A stretch of 63,722 bases of DNA, filler included, from Craspedostauros australis (lineage: Eukaryota), in assembly GCA_030167865.1 (NCBI GenBank). It is 23 parts of 23 records of this genome, joined end to end, with 100 filler letters (N's around TTAATTAATTAA, not from the genome) between each part and the next. Parts side by side here need not be neighbours in the genome. Positions count along the whole stretch, not along the records: positions 62,241 to 63,722 come from JALAGF010001813.1; 22 more parts are not named here. One strand, written 5' to 3'. Made by a program: the position numbers and the translations under genes. The notes below the pieces were generated by a model. That model was not told where the DNA came from, did not search any database, and saw nothing but the letters and a program-made list of their open reading frames with translations. Numbering within the stretch: the first letter of the stretch is position 1; each line of letters begins with the position of its first letter. Below are positions 62,321-63,722 of the stretch, piece by piece.

Positions 62321-63722
62321 CACTGGCTTCTTCTGCTGTTGCAAAACACAATTGAAGCATGCCTTCTTTCCAGTTCTCACAAAAAACAGCAGCAGCACAC
62401 TCGAGCAACTTCCACCCCAGCGACGGACAGCATCATCAATGCGAGCAACTCACCAAACCAACAGCACCGTACTCGATCAACTTCCACCCCAGCAACGGAC
62501 AGCATTATCAATACAAACAACTCACCAAACCAACAGCAGCAGCACCGTGCTCGATCAACTTCCACTCCAGCGACGGACAGCATCATCAATGCTAACAAGT
62601 CACCAAACCAACGGCACCGTGTTCAATCAACTTCCACCCCAGTGATGGACAGCATCAATGCGAACAACTCACCAAACCAACAGCAGCATGCTCGATCAAC
62701 TTCCACCCCAGCGACGGACAGCATCATCAATGCTAACAACTCATCAAACCAACAGCATCATGCTCGATCAACTTCCACCCCAGTGACAGACAGCATCATC
62801 AATGCGAACAACTCACCAAACCAACGGCACCGTGCTCGATCAACTTCCACTCCGGTGACAGACAGCATCATCAATGCGCACAACTTACCAAACCAACAGC
62901 AGCATGCTCGATCAACTTCCACCCCAGCAACGGACAGCATCATCAATGCGAGCAACTTACCAAACCAACGGCACCGTACTCGATCAACTTCCACTCCAGT
63001 GACAGACAGCATCAATGCGAACAAGTCACCAAACCAACGGCAGCAGCACCGTGCTCGATCAACTTCCACTCCAGCGACGGACAGCATCATCAATGTGAAC
63101 AAGTCACCAAACCAACAGCACCGTGCTCGATCAACTTCCACCCCAGTGACAGACAGCATCATCAATGCACGCAACTCACCAAACCAACGGCAGCATGCTC
63201 GATCAACTTCCACTCCGGTGACAGACAGCATCATCAATGCGCGCAACTTACCAAACCAACGGCAGCATGCTCGATCAACTTCCACTCCGGTGACAGACAG
63301 CATCATCAATGCAAACAACTCACCAAACCAACAGCAGCAGCACTGTGCTCGATCAACTTCCACTCCAGCGACGGACAGCATCATCAATGCGAGCACCTAC
63401 GGGCAGGGTGTCAGCACTGGCGCATTCAGCATGCATAATGCAACACAGGACCCAAATCCACAGCCAGCCACAGAACCTGTGGATGGTGACATCCATCAAG
63501 TGTCCCAGAGTCCACCTCGACATATTTCAGTTGCGCCAAACCAATCCTTGATTGGTGTTGCCACTGGCCTCGGTGTATGCCTCAACAGTGGCGACGACAA
63601 CACCAGCAACAACAATGTTGACCACAACAATGCCAACACCAACTCCGACAATGATGACAATGGCAATGTTGGCTTCAATATTGACAGCATAAGCAATGGA
63701 GATGACAACGGTAATGGAGATG
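62321..63722 (+). CDS. Low-complexity ORF fragment containing 14 x ~24-aa repeats (not in the supplied ORF track)
   Basis: Frame open from 62321 to the window end; unit HRARSTSTPVTDSIINANNSPNQ; N/D-rich tail. No start or stop visible. Confidence 0.45.
62387..63393 (+). repeat. ~72-bp minisatellite, 14 units
   Basis: Recurring gctcgatcaacttccaccccag..acagcatcatcaatgc..aactcaccaaaccaa; unit length varies only by multiples of 3. Confidence 0.95.

Overview
This is not one locus. It is 23 short contigs joined by 22 artificial 100-nt spacers (N44-TTAATTAATTAA-N44), so adjacency across spacers has no biological meaning. The DNA is eukaryotic nuclear sequence, most likely a diatom: it has GT-AG introns, an ASAFAP-like plastid presequence, RRL/KxxK secreted-protein motifs and diatom-type copia and LINE elements. 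Host genes: three ankyrin-repeat/BTB family members, a secreted RRL-motif protein, a plastid-type lipoxygenase split over three contigs (two variants), a 7TM GPCR-like gene, a ~2008-aa double dCache-HAMP/TPR-like membrane sensor, a GST, and two paralogous P-loop NTPase + putative restriction-endonuclease-fold proteins. Much of the rest is retrotransposon and DNA-transposon debris. The most striking find is a complete 664-bp miniature LTR element (TRIM) at 41811-42474. Its 207-bp LTRs carry a tRNA-like Pol III module, its primer-binding site is complementary to the anticodon arm of tRNA-Asn (half-tRNA priming), it has a 5-bp TSD, and a second copy lies at 60589-60857. All domain calls come from reading motifs by eye; no searches were run.
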